Shown piece by piece: positions 34,734 to 44,488 of a DNA stretch of 44,714 bases; positions within the stretch are counted from its first letter, which is position 1; each line of letters opens with the position of its first letter. The stretch spans positions 1-44,714 of the IMG/VR virus record IMGVR_UViG_3300027790_000010, one strand, 5' to 3'. The DNA is from a virus (lineage: Duplodnaviria; Caudoviricetes). The notes under the pieces are model-generated. The model was not told where the DNA came from. It did no database searches and saw only the letters and a program-made list of their open reading frames with translations. The position numbers and the translations under genes are program-made.

Positions 34734-36686
34734 GTGCCAAACGAACTAATCCAAGGAATCGCCGACGCCATCGCTGGTGGCGCCACGGCAGGTCTATCTA
34801 AGGAAGCCCAGATGGACTTCTTCGGACCATTCATGCAGGCCCAGCAGGCGCGGCTCGCCCGGAAGGAACAATCCGAGACCAGGGCTTACACGAGTTACTC
34901 CCAGTCGTCGAAGGCGTCGCGGGAGGCGTTCTCGTCTGACCCGTTGGCAGAAGGCAAGTACCAAGCCTATGTCTCAAACGCACAAAAGCGCCTTCAGTTA
35001 GCGCTGGACGGTACCAAATCACCCGCTGCCCGTCAAGCCCTAACTGACACCTACGAGGCGGACATCGCGTTCGCCGACTCAACGGCAAAGCAGGCGAAGG
35101 AAAATCGCAACCTCAACCAGGGTATGCGTGGAAACTTTGGCTGGGTCGACGACAGCGAGGAGGCACAGACTACCTTAACTGCGCTACTTGCCGAAAACAG
35201 CCCTATAAGCAAGACCGCCCAAGCGGCCCTAACATTTGCAGAGCAGTTCAAGGACCAGTCCACCGGTACCTTCGACGCTTCTGCACTCCCTGCAACCGCC
35301 CTCAGTAATGAAGAGCGCGAGTTAGTAACCGCAATGGGGCAGGTCAACGGTGGCCTCGCGCAGTTCGTCGCTAGTAATCCAGAGGAGGGGCGCCGCATCT
35401 TAGGGCTCCTCAGTAAAGTCGATCCCGGTAGCCTCGGCGCTCGGTCGACAGAAATCGGTAAGATCCGTGACGATAACCAGTTCTTTGAGCGCCTCAACGG
35501 GATGGTCCGTCACGATGCGCGGGCCGCAAAGCTGAAGCCTCTCAACGAGCCCGAACTCTGGCAAGTCGACGCCAACGGGGTACGCTCGTTCCGTCCGTCG
35601 GCCATCGGGCAGGCCATCGACAAGGCCCTCGAATCGGCAGGCCCGACCCGTAACGCCGCAATCGCTTGGCAGATGATGGAGAACACCTACGGGAAGCTCC
35701 CCAACGTCGACCTGTCCAATGTCCAGGCCGAGATTTTCCAGCACGGCAACCTCGGTAAAGCATCGGCCGACGACATCCGTGGGCTAGTCGCGCCTAGTAA
35801 GCAGGCAGGCGCCGGTCTATTCGAGAAGGGGATGCCGGCCCTGAATGCACAGGACCGGGCGCTGGTTGATCGCGGAGACCTGAATCCTCTCATTGCACAG
35901 GGCTACACCATCGAGGAAGCCGAGATCTACGCCAACCTCAGTCAGAGTAATGGTCGTAGCCTCGTCCTAGAGCCGGTAATGAACCAGTTCATCGGTACCC
36001 GCGATGAGCAGTCCGCCGAGATGAACCTATGGCAGGACCGCCGCGACGAAGCTGCTGCGCTAGGAGATGAGCGTGGACTGGAGCAAGCCGACGCTGAGAT
36101 CAAACGGATCCAGGCGTTCCAGTCGAACCCCGCTGTCGATGTCAAGATTTCTACGTTGACAGAGATGATGTTGGAAGGCGCTGCTACAGGAGATTGGAGT
36201 AGCTTCAAGCAGGCGATGGGGGCCGATAAGCAGGGTCTACTAGACCCAGAGACCGGCAAACTCTCTAAGTCCGCTCAAGAAGCGTGGGACAACCAAGTGA
36301 TGCGTGAGGGCCTAAGTCCGGCCAACCAACTTAGAGCTGCCGCTCGGTGGGCCTCAAGCTACAACATGGTCTTCCACCAGGACTCCCAGATCGGCACTGA
36401 GACGAAGGTGAACCCGTTGGCGCAGGCCAAGTTCCTCGACGTTGCAGAGCGCTGGGCACAAACTGTCGAGCAGGAGCAGATGAACATGGGAGCCTCAGGG
36501 CGCCAGTTCCTCGGCGTCGAGGATGGTCGCTTCAATGGGCAGCAAGCGTTCCTCCGTATGACCACGCTCCAGAGCCTTGAAGACCTCGGACCTGCCAAGC
36601 AACTCTCGGAGTCGGCAATGCAGCGAGTGGTTGAAGAAGCACCAGTTTCCCGCCCTGTTGGATCTACGGGACGCGTCAACTTCTAA
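34734..36686 (+). CDS. Internal virion (ejection) protein, medium
   Basis: 650 aa, helical, A/Q-rich; position typical of podoviruses. Confidence 0.65.
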   Translation: MPNELIQGIADAIAGGATAGLSKEAQMDFFGPFMQAQQARLARKEQSETRAYTSYSQSSKASREAFSSDPLAEGKYQAYVSNAQKRLQLALDGTKSPAARQALTDTYEADIAFADSTAKQAKENRNLNQGMRGNFGWVDDSEEAQTTLTALLAENSPISKTAQAALTFAEQFKDQSTGTFDASALPATALSNEERELVTAMGQVNGGLAQFVASNPEEGRRILGLLSKVDPGSLGARSTEIGKIRDDNQFFERLNGMVRHDARAAKLKPLNEPELWQVDANGVRSFRPSAIGQAIDKALESAGPTRNAAIAWQMMENTYGKLPNVDLSNVQAEIFQHGNLGKASADDIRGLVAPSKQAGAGLFEKGMPALNAQDRALVDRGDLNPLIAQGYTIEEAEIYANLSQSNGRSLVLEPVMNQFIGTRDEQSAEMNLWQDRRDEAAALGDERGLEQADAEIKRIQAFQSNPAVDVKISTLTEMMLEGAATGDWSSFKQAMGADKQGLLDPETGKLSKSAQEAWDNQVMREGLSPANQLRAAARWASSYNMVFHQDSQIGTETKVNPLAQAKFLDVAERWAQTVEQEQMNMGASGRQFLGVEDGRFNGQQAFLRMTTLQSLEDLGPAKQLSESAMQRVVEEAPVSRPVGSTGRVNF

Positions 36687-36689
36687 CCA

Positions 36690-39600
36690 ATGCCAAACAT
36701 CCTCACCAGGGCCTACAACTCCACCCTCGGCATCCCGCAACAGATCCTTTACCGGCTGTGGCGGGCTGCCAAGGATGACGAGATCGACGTGCTCAGTCGT
36801 GAGGGCTTACTCGCCCCAGAGCTGCTGCCCGTCCTCGGCATCGGCTTCAGTCACGAGTCCGACGCCACCGTCGAAGATGTCATCGGTGAGCAGGGCTTCG
36901 GTACTAGCCTCGCGGCCGACATCCTGCTCGACCCGGCCACCTACCTCACGGCAGGCGCGTCGGCCATCGGCAAAGCAGGGCGCGGCCTCCAGGTTGCGAG
37001 CCGTGACAAGAAGTTCGGCAAGGCGTTCGCTGACTTTGTTGGTGACACGAAGCAATACGACACCGGCCAAGCACTCGCAGCCCATGTCTCCCAGGGCATC
37101 GCCGACGGCACCCTGAAAGGGAAGTCCGCGCAGAAGGCCCTACAAGGGCTCCAAGGCGCGAGCGACGAGACCTTAGAGAAGATCCTACGGTCGGGCCGCG
37201 ACGAGGAACTACTGTTTAGCATCCCAGGGCTTTCCCGGCTCGGCGCTAAGTGGCGTGCCCCCGAGCTGATCCAACAGCAGGGCTCGTGGTTCAAGGCCAT
37301 GAGTAACCTCTTCTACAAGCAGAAGCTCGGCCTCGCCAAGCCTCTCGACTGGACCGTCGCTCAAACCGCCAGCGCCATCAACAAGATCCCAGGTGGCGAG
37401 GGCTTGAACAAGGCTGTGGCGACCGCCGCTGGTCTCCCCGGCGCGTTCGTTAAGGGCTTCAAATCGACGAAGGGAGCCGCGAACGAGCTGGTCTTCGGCA
37501 AGGAAGTCGGCTCTGATGTTCACGCCTGGAACGATGAGTTCGGGGCAGTTGGCACCGCGTTCAGTAAGGTTGATGCCGACCAGTTCCAAGATGATGTTGC
37601 GGCCGCTATCGCTGGGGGCGCCGATGCAGAGAAGGCTGCACTCACGGCTGCCCGGAAGCAGGGCGTCGGCCCTAAGGAAGTCGAGGCACTTCTAGAGTCC
37701 TACGGCAAAAGCCCTGACGAGATTGGCTCACTGCTGCCTGACCTCCAACGCCAGCACCAGGAAGTACAGTCCGCCCTGAAAGAAGGTACCACACAGGGTG
37801 TCCGCACCGACCGGTATAAGGTTCCCAAAGAGTACGCCGACCACCCGTTCAGTGCATGGGCCTGGAAAGCGGGCGACTGGGCTGGCGAACAGGTCCGTAG
37901 CAAACTCCGCTCCGATGCCCCGATCACCTCGGATAACATCGAGGGCGCCCTAGAGAAACTCAAGAACCTCCAGGGTCTCACCGATATGTCGGCCCGCGAC
38001 ACCTTGCGGATCTTCGACACGATCAAGCGCCGCCTGTCCGCCGACAACGACATCGAACTCGAGACCATCGACCGCTTCTGGTTCTCGTGGCAGCAGGCGT
38101 TCCCACATAGCCAGGAGATCCGCGCCAATATTGCGGCCCTCCAGTCGGGCGACCTTAGCAGCGGCCAGGCAGCCTACCGCCAACTCACTGAGTTCGTCAA
38201 CCGCTTCGACTCTAGTGCCACCTCGCTCCTGAAACACAGCGGCGTCCAGGACCTAGAGGATATGGTCAAGGTCCTCGATCCATCGACCGCCGGCCGACTC
38301 GTTGGCCCTCACGCCGAGTCGATCAAGTTGATGGCGAAGGATGTCACCGACCCTGCCGCTGTCAAGGACTTGCTCCGTAAGAACCTCGGCTCGATGAGTG
38401 TGGCTGACCTAAAGCGCCTCCGCTCTGTGACGAAGGACCCGAAGCTGAAGGCCCGCCTGAAGAACATTGAGAAGCGTACGAAGAAGGGCAAGCCTGTAAG
38501 CATCGAGGAGAGCATCGAGCGCGGACTCGGGAAGGCTAGGTTCGGCGGTAAGCCCTTGAAGGAGGGCCCAGCGATGGCGATGGCTGACTATGTTCTCGCC
38601 ACCCGCGACATCAAGCGTGCCCTGAAGGCTGCCCGCAAGACCGGCGAGCCGCTGCGCCTGAGCCCGCTAACCGTGGAGCGCCTAGAGAAAGCGCAGGACG
38701 CCATGCAGAGCGTCCTCAAGGATACCGCGTCCAAGGTCTTCAAGAAGTCCAAGGCCGAGGACATCGACGGGCTGATCGGCCTCAGCGACAACGTAGCGAA
38801 CCAGGCCGCCAAACTCAACGGCTTCGAGCGCGGCGCCGTCATTGGTTATGCACCCCGCATCCACAACCGCAAGTTCCGCCAACGCTATGAGAAGCTCATT
38901 GGCAAGGTCCAGAGCCGACTCGGGGCCAACGACGAGGTTGATGCGATGTTCCGCCGTGTCCAGGAGCGCGACCTGACAGTCGAGGATCTGAACCTACTCC
39001 GTGAGGAGATGATCCGCAACGACATGCCGGACCTCGTTGAGGAGCTGACCGACGTGGCGGGCAACTTTGCAGAGCGGCCCTACGTCGAATCGTGGGAGGC
39101 GGGCATCCTAACCCGGATGTCGCAGCAGGGCTCTCAGGTGGCGACCCGGCAGTTCATCAACGACGTCTTCAGCAACCCCGAGGCCGCCGCGAAGGATGGC
39201 ATCATGGGAGGGCGCGTCACGAGGTTGATCGACTCCCAGGGTCAAACGATCCGCACCAGTGCTGACCGTGTTAAGGTCGGCGGCACCGAGAGCGCCACGA
39301 TCAAGCGTGAAGCACTAGCTAAGGACGTCGAGCCAAGCCTCATTGAAATCCAGCTCCCCAACGGTGAGTACCAGCTTCTAGACCTACGCCAACACAAAGC
39401 CCGCTTCGACAAGCAGGGCCTTCAGGTCCTCGGCACCGACGGCGACGACCTCGGCCAAGCGTTGATCCGCCACGAAGCCCGGATGGGCGGCAAGGTCGAC
39501 AATATGATGCCACAAGAGGGCTCGTGGGTCATCGCGGGCGAGGGTGGTGTCGTCGACTTCCTGCGCCAATCCGCCATCCCGCAGAAGTCCGAAATGGCGG

Positions 39601-40943
39601 GCGCGGTTGCTGCCTACGACTGGGTGAACTTCAACATCAAGAAGTTCCAGACCGTCTTCAGAGCGAGCCACCATGCGGGCAACCTCCTGTCAGGGATCGC
39701 ACAAACCAGAGCGGCCGGTGCGTCGTGGGCCAACACGGCTCTCGGCCACATGGACGCGGCCCGCGCAATGGGTCTCGCTGGCCCTGACGGTGTAAAGGCC
39801 ATCGACGACATGAGTGCGCTATCCAGTAGCGGCTCTAAGTGGAACATTGTCAACCGGGCGGCAGACCGCGCCAAGATCGTTGAAGGTCTAATCGCGGGTA
39901 AAACCGTCGACGAGTTGGGCGAGTTCGCAATCATGGACTTCGGCCTACACAGCTATGGTGTTGGCGAAGTGATGCAACGTGCAGCCGGCCGCAACCTCTT
40001 TGGCGGCATCCAGGCAATCGAGGACATCAAGCTCGGCGGCATCGACTCCCAGGGCATCATCAAGCAGCAGGAGAAACTGCGCGGCGGCAAAGTAACCCAG
40101 GGCTTCGAGACGGCCCTGGACGCAACCAGAGCCCCTGAGATCACGGCCCGCACCGCCACCTTATTCGCGCTGCTCCGTGAAGGCCACGCCCTAGATGACG
40201 CCATCGACATCGCCAAGCTCGCCCACGTCGACTACTCCTCGCTGACCAAGTTCGAGCGGACGAAGCTAAAGCGTATGATCCCCTACTACACCTTCAGCCG
40301 GAAGTACGTCCCGTTCGCCCTAGAGCGGATGGCGAAAGACCCGTCGCTGTTGGTTGGCTGGCAGAAGACCGTAGAAAACGCAGACTGGGCAGGCATCGAT
40401 GAGAATGGTACGCCTGTGCTCTCCAAGGGCCGCTTCGAGATGGACCTTGGCCGGGTCAACGCCAACCTCGATGCCATGATGGCGCTGGCTGGTACGACCG
40501 AGATGCTCTTCGGCACCATGAGTTCCGAGATCCAGCAGGTGCAGCGCCCTGGCTTCGCCTCGTTCAGTGGTGGTGCTCTGTCGCCGCTCTTGGCCGCAAC
40601 CGGCGCCGGCACCGATGAAGGGGCGTCACTACCCCAGGGCCTCCAGGAGTTCTGGGATTCGGTCTTCGTCACGCGCTGGGCGGAAGGGGTCGCCCAAACT
40701 GTTCGCGGCGAGGGTACCCAGAAGATCCAGGACGCCCTGACGAACTATGTCCTACCTGCCAGGCTCAACGCAGAGCCAGACAAGGCCCGCCAGTTCCAAC
40801 TGAATACGGCCCGTCGAGCGTTGCGCCGCCTCGAGTTGCAGGCACAGGAAGCAACCTCGGACCGACAGATCGCATCCCTCCAACGCCAAGCCGCAGAGAT
40901 CCGGCAAGCCATCAAGACCGTCCAAGAAGACTTCGGCAACTAA
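36690..40943 (+). CDS. Large internal virion (DNA ejection) protein
   Basis: 1417 aa, helical; DILLDPATYL and DYSSLT.FER..LKR.IPYYTF motifs. Confidence 0.7.
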   Translation: MPNILTRAYNSTLGIPQQILYRLWRAAKDDEIDVLSREGLLAPELLPVLGIGFSHESDATVEDVIGEQGFGTSLAADILLDPATYLTAGASAIGKAGRGLQVASRDKKFGKAFADFVGDTKQYDTGQALAAHVSQGIADGTLKGKSAQKALQGLQGASDETLEKILRSGRDEELLFSIPGLSRLGAKWRAPELIQQQGSWFKAMSNLFYKQKLGLAKPLDWTVAQTASAINKIPGGEGLNKAVATAAGLPGAFVKGFKSTKGAANELVFGKEVGSDVHAWNDEFGAVGTAFSKVDADQFQDDVAAAIAGGADAEKAALTAARKQGVGPKEVEALLESYGKSPDEIGSLLPDLQRQHQEVQSALKEGTTQGVRTDRYKVPKEYADHPFSAWAWKAGDWAGEQVRSKLRSDAPITSDNIEGALEKLKNLQGLTDMSARDTLRIFDTIKRRLSADNDIELETIDRFWFSWQQAFPHSQEIRANIAALQSGDLSSGQAAYRQLTEFVNRFDSSATSLLKHSGVQDLEDMVKVLDPSTAGRLVGPHAESIKLMAKDVTDPAAVKDLLRKNLGSMSVADLKRLRSVTKDPKLKARLKNIEKRTKKGKPVSIEESIERGLGKARFGGKPLKEGPAMAMADYVLATRDIKRALKAARKTGEPLRLSPLTVERLEKAQDAMQSVLKDTASKVFKKSKAEDIDGLIGLSDNVANQAAKLNGFERGAVIGYAPRIHNRKFRQRYEKLIGKVQSRLGANDEVDAMFRRVQERDLTVEDLNLLREEMIRNDMPDLVEELTDVAGNFAERPYVESWEAGILTRMSQQGSQVATRQFINDVFSNPEAAAKDGIMGGRVTRLIDSQGQTIRTSADRVKVGGTESATIKREALAKDVEPSLIEIQLPNGEYQLLDLRQHKARFDKQGLQVLGTDGDDLGQALIRHEARMGGKVDNMMPQEGSWVIAGEGGVVDFLRQSAIPQKSEMAGAVAAYDWVNFNIKKFQTVFRASHHAGNLLSGIAQTRAAGASWANTALGHMDAARAMGLAGPDGVKAIDDMSALSSSGSKWNIVNRAADRAKIVEGLIAGKTVDELGEFAIMDFGLHSYGVGEVMQRAAGRNLFGGIQAIEDIKLGGIDSQGIIKQQEKLRGGKVTQGFETALDATRAPEITARTATLFALLREGHALDDAIDIAKLAHVDYSSLTKFERTKLKRMIPYYTFSRKYVPFALERMAKDPSLLVGWQKTVENADWAGIDENGTPVLSKGRFEMDLGRVNANLDAMMALAGTTEMLFGTMSSEIQQVQRPGFASFSGGALSPLLAATGAGTDEGASLPQGLQEFWDSVFVTRWAEGVAQTVRGEGTQKIQDALTNYVLPARLNAEPDKARQFQLNTARRALRRLELQAQEATSDRQIASLQRQAAEIRQAIKTVQEDFGN

Positions 40944-40945
40944 CC

Positions 40946-41182
40946 ATGAAAACCGAACAACAACTCGGCCTCACTGAGGGCCTCCTCGCCCTAGTGTGTG
41001 CCCTCCTCATCTGGCAGACACAACTACTCCTCAGCGTATCCAAAGAGGTCGTGGCGCTCCAAGTGCATCGCATTGAGCACGAACGCCGTATCTCCAACCT
41101 AGAGGCCGCCCGTGAGTCGTCTGCTGCTTATCCTCCTACTCTGCGCGACAGTGGCGCAGACCCTTCTAGTGCTGGAACTTAA
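40946..41182 (+). CDS. Small membrane protein (holin candidate)
   Basis: N-terminal TM plus coiled coil ending HERRISNLE. Confidence 0.5.
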   Translation: MKTEQQLGLTEGLLALVCALLIWQTQLLLSVSKEVVALQVHRIEHERRISNLEAARESSAAYPPTLRDSGADPSSAGT

Positions 41183-41393
41183 ATCGGCACTGACCTCTGA
41201 ACAAACACGCCCCGTAGAAGCCATGCTCGAAACACCTATCACCGCCACCAAAAATGGCAACCAGATCACCACGACGATCACGACCTACCAGCACGAAGGA
41301 GAAACCGATGAAGAACACGCCGCCCGTCACCTCGCTAAGGTGGAAGCTAAGATCGCTGTCCTTGTTGCTGCTGGTTGGACTATCGTTAGCTAG
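41112..41393 (+). CDS. Membrane-anchored small protein
   Basis: N-terminal hydrophobic segment; overlaps both neighbours. Confidence 0.5.
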   Translation: MSRLLLILLLCATVAQTLLVLELKSALTSEQTRPVEAMLETPITATKNGNQITTTITTYQHEGETDEEHAARHLAKVEAKIAVLVAAGWTIVS

Positions 41394-41676
41394 TTGCGGC
41401 TGGGGCGTCGTCAAGGAGGATAGCGCGGGAAAGCCGGGCGACGCGACGGCGGGTCTAGCGTCGACAGCCCTCGAGACGGCGCCCGCAGTGATCGACTCGG
41501 TGACCGGCTTGATTTCGACCATCGCACTGAGTCTTATCCTCCTGAGCCTCGCGTTCAGGCGGAGTCGCCAGGCCATCGCGGGGATGTTGACGGCCCTAGC
41601 GGAAGCGTTCACCTACCGGATCAACCAGTGGAAGATCAAGCGGATGCCGGAGGAGCCTACAGATGGTGGCAGTTGA
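41308..41676 (+). CDS. Predicted lipoprotein with C-terminal TM (spanin candidate)
   Basis: Basic N-region, h-region, lipobox LASC, second hydrophobic helix followed by RRSR. Confidence 0.6.
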   Translation: MKNTPPVTSLRWKLRSLSLLLLVGLSLASCGWGVVKEDSAGKPGDATAGLASTALETAPAVIDSVTGLISTIALSLILLSLAFRRSRQAIAGMLTALAEAFTYRINQWKIKRMPEEPTDGGS

Positions 41677-41701
41677 CAATAGCGGCCGGATGTGTTACCC
41701 T
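41673..41701 (+). promoter_or_regulatory. Sigma70-type promoter
   Basis: TTGACA-17 nt-TACCCT with TG extension, followed by a hairpin at about 41710-41732. Confidence 0.55.
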
Positions 41702-41768
41702 ACTCCTGTGGCTGACCTCTCGGAGGTTAGTCAGGTCGTCGAAGCCCTAGAAGCCTACTACTTAGAGC

Positions 41769-41966
41769 ATGTCCAGCCAGCCCGACCTCTACGATTACCT
41801 AACTAGGATGGCCTACGCATCTGGACCTGTCATTGCCGACTTCTGCCGGTGCCTGCACTGCGACGAAGTTGAGTTCGTGGCTGTGCCGCTGGTGAGGGGC
41901 TTCGAGTCCCTTGAGTGTTCCTACTGCGGGGACCTGGCCCTTGACCAGTTGGAGATCCCGGCATGA
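41769..41966 (+). CDS. Zn-ribbon protein
   Basis: CLHC...CSYCG. Confidence 0.6.
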   Translation: MSSQPDLYDYLTRMAYASGPVIADFCRCLHCDEVEFVAVPLVRGFESLECSYCGDLALDQLEIPA

Positions 41967-42079
41967 ACTGTCTGGCCTGTAACGCCCCCGTGCCCGCCGG
42001 CAACAAGAGTGCCTGCTCGACTGACCCGTGCCCGTCGTGTGGGTACCCGCGTCCCCTTGGAGACTGTAGCGACCTTTGA
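41963..42079 (+). CDS. 38-aa Cys-rich Zn-ribbon peptide
   Basis: Manual translation MNCLACNAPVPAGNKSACSTDPCPSCGYPRPLGDCSDL; overlaps both neighbours by 4 nt. Confidence 0.55.
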   Translation: MNCLACNAPVPAGNKSACSTDPCPSCGYPRPLGDCSDL

Positions 42080-42792
42080 AGACCCTCGTTCTTAATGATA
42101 TCCATGTGCCCTTCCAGAGCGCCCGTTGGCAAAAGAAGCTCAACGAGTACATCAACAAGGAGCCGCCCGACAAGATCGTACTGGCAGGGGATATCGCTGA
42201 CCTGTACAGCCTCTCAACCCACGGCAACAAGCACCCTAGGTGGGAGAACAAGCTCGATGTCGAGACGGCCGCATGGGGAGACTGGATGGACGACTTGCGC
42301 CAGTCGAATAAGAAAGCTGAAATCGTCTACCTGGAGGGTAACCATGAGCACCGCTGGACTCGCTACGTCGAGAGCAACGCACCTAAGTGGCGCAACCTCG
42401 CAATCAACTGGTGGGACTACATGGCTCTAGATGACTTCGATATCCGCCTCGTCAAGTCAGGGCACCGCGTCCCGACCGGGTGCGGGCAAGTGTTCTACAT
42501 CTACCACGGCCACGAGCACAAGGTCAGCTCGCGTATTCCGGGTGGCGTGGCAAAGCGTATGGCCGAGAACCTGAACCGGAATGTCCACGCAGGCCACACG
42601 CACCACCACGGGCAAGGGCTAGTCAATGTCGGCCAGACCCTCAGAGCCTACCACGAGGGGGGTTACGGCGGCGATATCAGGAAGCCAGCCTTCGGTTTCG
42701 TGGCGCACAAGAATCTGCCGTGGGCCCTAGGGTTTACGGTTTACGACTCTGAGGACCGGCACTCACCCCTTCCGTTGTTTGTGAAGGTGTGA
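42076..42792 (+). CDS. Calcineurin-like metallophosphoesterase
   Basis: DIH, GDIAD, GNHE, HGH, GHTH motifs. Confidence 0.92.
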   Translation: MKTLVLNDIHVPFQSARWQKKLNEYINKEPPDKIVLAGDIADLYSLSTHGNKHPRWENKLDVETAAWGDWMDDLRQSNKKAEIVYLEGNHEHRWTRYVESNAPKWRNLAINWWDYMALDDFDIRLVKSGHRVPTGCGQVFYIYHGHEHKVSSRIPGGVAKRMAENLNRNVHAGHTHHHGQGLVNVGQTLRAYHEGGYGGDIRKPAFGFVAHKNLPWALGFTVYDSEDRHSPLPLFVKV

Positions 42793-42955
42793 TAGTGAGT
42801 TCCATAACCCTAGCTAACTTAGCCAAGTGTCGGTGCCGCGCCGCAAAGTCGAAGCAAGCCTGGTCGGCGGCCGCTCGCTCGCGGTCGGCTTCGATGTCCT
42901 CTAGGGCCTCCATGTACCCAGCGTCTCCCGCATAGTCGTAACCGAAGTCCCTCAT
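42734..42955 (-). CDS. Hypothetical protein
   Basis: GGAG upstream and ATGA coupling. Confidence 0.5.
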   Translation of the reverse strand: MRDFGYDYAGDAGYMEALEDIEADRERAAADQACFDFAARHRHLAKLARVMELTITPSQTTEGVSAGPQSRKP

Positions 42956-43158
42956 GGTGTCTCCCCCTTCAACTTCTTACTAAGCTCATACCAATAGAGC
43001 GGCTTACGAAACACCTCCTTCTCATCCTCCGACAACTCCTCCCACGCCTCCATGTCCGCCTCAGACCTCCCCTGCCCCAACTGCGACGCGCCATTACTGC
43101 CGTCGGGTGTGTGCCCCTTCGAGGGCTGCGGCGATTCTGTTCCTGATTGGTTGCTCAT
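42952..43158 (-). CDS. Hypothetical protein
   Basis: ATGA coupling at both ends. Confidence 0.5.
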   Translation of the reverse strand: MSNQSGTESPQPSKGHTPDGSNGASQLGQGRSEADMEAWEELSEDEKEVFRKPLYWYELSKKLKGETP

Positions 43159-43403
43159 GGTTGATGAGGATTACTGGGATGGGCCGATGACGGAGTTGCC
43201 TGGGCCATGAACTCTTGCTTAGCTTTGTCTGCTTCCTCGACCGTCCCTGACGCGAAGAACGCCTCATTCCAGACGATCTGCGCTAGTGCGTCGACGTTAG
43301 TTTGGCGTAAGTACTTTAGTAGGCCGGGCGGCACTGCGTTGGCTAGGAGTTTCTCGGGGTCAGTCAAGTGATCGTCCTCGGAATCGATCCCGGCTACCGT
43401 CAC
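43155..43403 (-). CDS. Hypothetical protein (start uncertain)
   Basis: Coupled to the downstream gene; 5' end abuts or overlaps the ruvC start. Confidence 0.45.
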   Translation of the reverse strand: MTVAGIDSEDDHLTDPEKLLANAVPPGLLKYLRQTNVDALAQIVWNEAFFASGTVEEADKAKQEFMAQATPSSAHPSNPHQP

Positions 43404-43874
43404 CTCGGTCTCGCTCTAGTAGATGTGAGCGAGGGACGGGTGCTGGCTACTGCCACTGTCGACTGTGGCTCATCCTACTACGCCCAGCACAAAGCTGTCA
43501 ACCGTGCTCTAGATAAAATGTTCGCCGACCAGCCGTTGCCCGCCCGCGTCGCCACCGAGAACGTCCCCTTCGGCTTTAGCGGTCGCGGCGCCGGCGGCCG
43601 AACTGCCTGCACGATGCACTGGGTGATGGGTGGCATCGGCTACTGGGCCGCCAGCCAGGGAATCCCGATGTCAGGGATCGCCCCGAAGGCCCTCAAGACA
43701 TACGCTGCCAACCTGGTAGGCGTCCCGTATGCTAAATGGAAGGGCGCCAACGACCGGGCGCGATCCAAGTGGGGCATCAGCAAGGCCATTAAGGGCCTCA
43801 CCGGCTCCGACCCGTCGTGCTCCGACCACGAGGCCGATGCTATCCTAGTGGCGTTTTCCCTCAACCAGACCTAG
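43368..43874 (+). CDS. ruvC: RuvC-like Holliday junction resolvase
   Basis: IVLGIDPG...G.A, ATE, P.ALK, DHEADA. Confidence 0.88.
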   Translation: MIVLGIDPGYRHLGLALVDVSEGRVLATATVDCGSSYYAQHKAVNRALDKMFADQPLPARVATENVPFGFSGRGAGGRTACTMHWVMGGIGYWAASQGIPMSGIAPKALKTYAANLVGVPYAKWKGANDRARSKWGISKAIKGLTGSDPSCSDHEADAILVAFSLNQT

Positions 43875-44060
43875 TGTAATGGCCCTGAAATCCTCCTTTG
43901 TGATTGGCTCACCTGTGTCAGTGTACCGGGGCACCTCGTCCTGCCTGAACAGCGCGACGCGCCCGCTGGCAAGGGGAACATGCACCATACTAGGGGCCTC
44001 GAAACTCCCGAGTTTTGAGACATCCATAGCAGCCTTCTCCCACGCGTCTAAGTCTTCCAT
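43845..44060 (-). CDS. Hypothetical protein
   Basis: 71-aa ORF filling the gap between two plus-strand genes. Confidence 0.45.
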   Translation of the reverse strand: MEDLDAWEKAAMDVSKLGSFEAPSMVHVPLASGRVALFRQDEVPRYTDTGEPITKEDFRAITLGLVEGKRH

Positions 44061-44074
44061 ACACCCAGTGTAAC

Positions 44075-44488
44075 ATGCCCAACCCCCAGCCGCAACCCAA
44101 AGACGACGCCGCCCTCACGCCCTGGAAGCGCGACGACCACGTTGGCACTCTCAGAGCCCACGCGCCCATGCTCGAGCACTCCGTTGAGGAGCTGGCGGGC
44201 CAGGCCCTAGAGCGTCACGGGGTCAGCCGCGACCTCCCCGATGCTGTGGTCGCCGCCTACGGGTGGGCGTCGTGCCAATACGAGCTTGGCCTCCTCGTCA
44301 CCCAGCGCCTCCAGGAAGTCGAGGACATGGCCCAGCGCGATCAGTTGACCTACGCCGAAGCCATGTTCAGGATCGCCAACTCGCAGAAGTTCCGCAATGC
44401 CGATGCGCGGGTCAGCCGTCTCCGGAAGGAGGTCGAGCTGTGGGCGGATGCTCTAGTAGCCCTCGCGCCGAAGGATGGCCTGCCCTAG
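44075..44488 (+). CDS. Hypothetical helical protein
   Basis: 137 aa with genome-like codon usage. Confidence 0.6.
   Translation: MPNPQPQPKDDAALTPWKRDDHVGTLRAHAPMLEHSVEELAGQALERHGVSRDLPDAVVAAYGWASCQYELGLLVTQRLQEVEDMAQRDQLTYAEAMFRIANSQKFRNADARVSRLRKEVELWADALVALAPKDGLP

Noticed and set aside
19693-40943. Numerous minus-strand and alternate-frame ORFs within structural genes
   Set aside because: Expected shadows in GC-rich coding DNA; no motifs or start context.
43368-43874. RuvC as TnpB/Cas12 or a transposase
   Set aside because: Only 168 aa with a plain resolvase layout; no Zn finger, REC region or IS ends.
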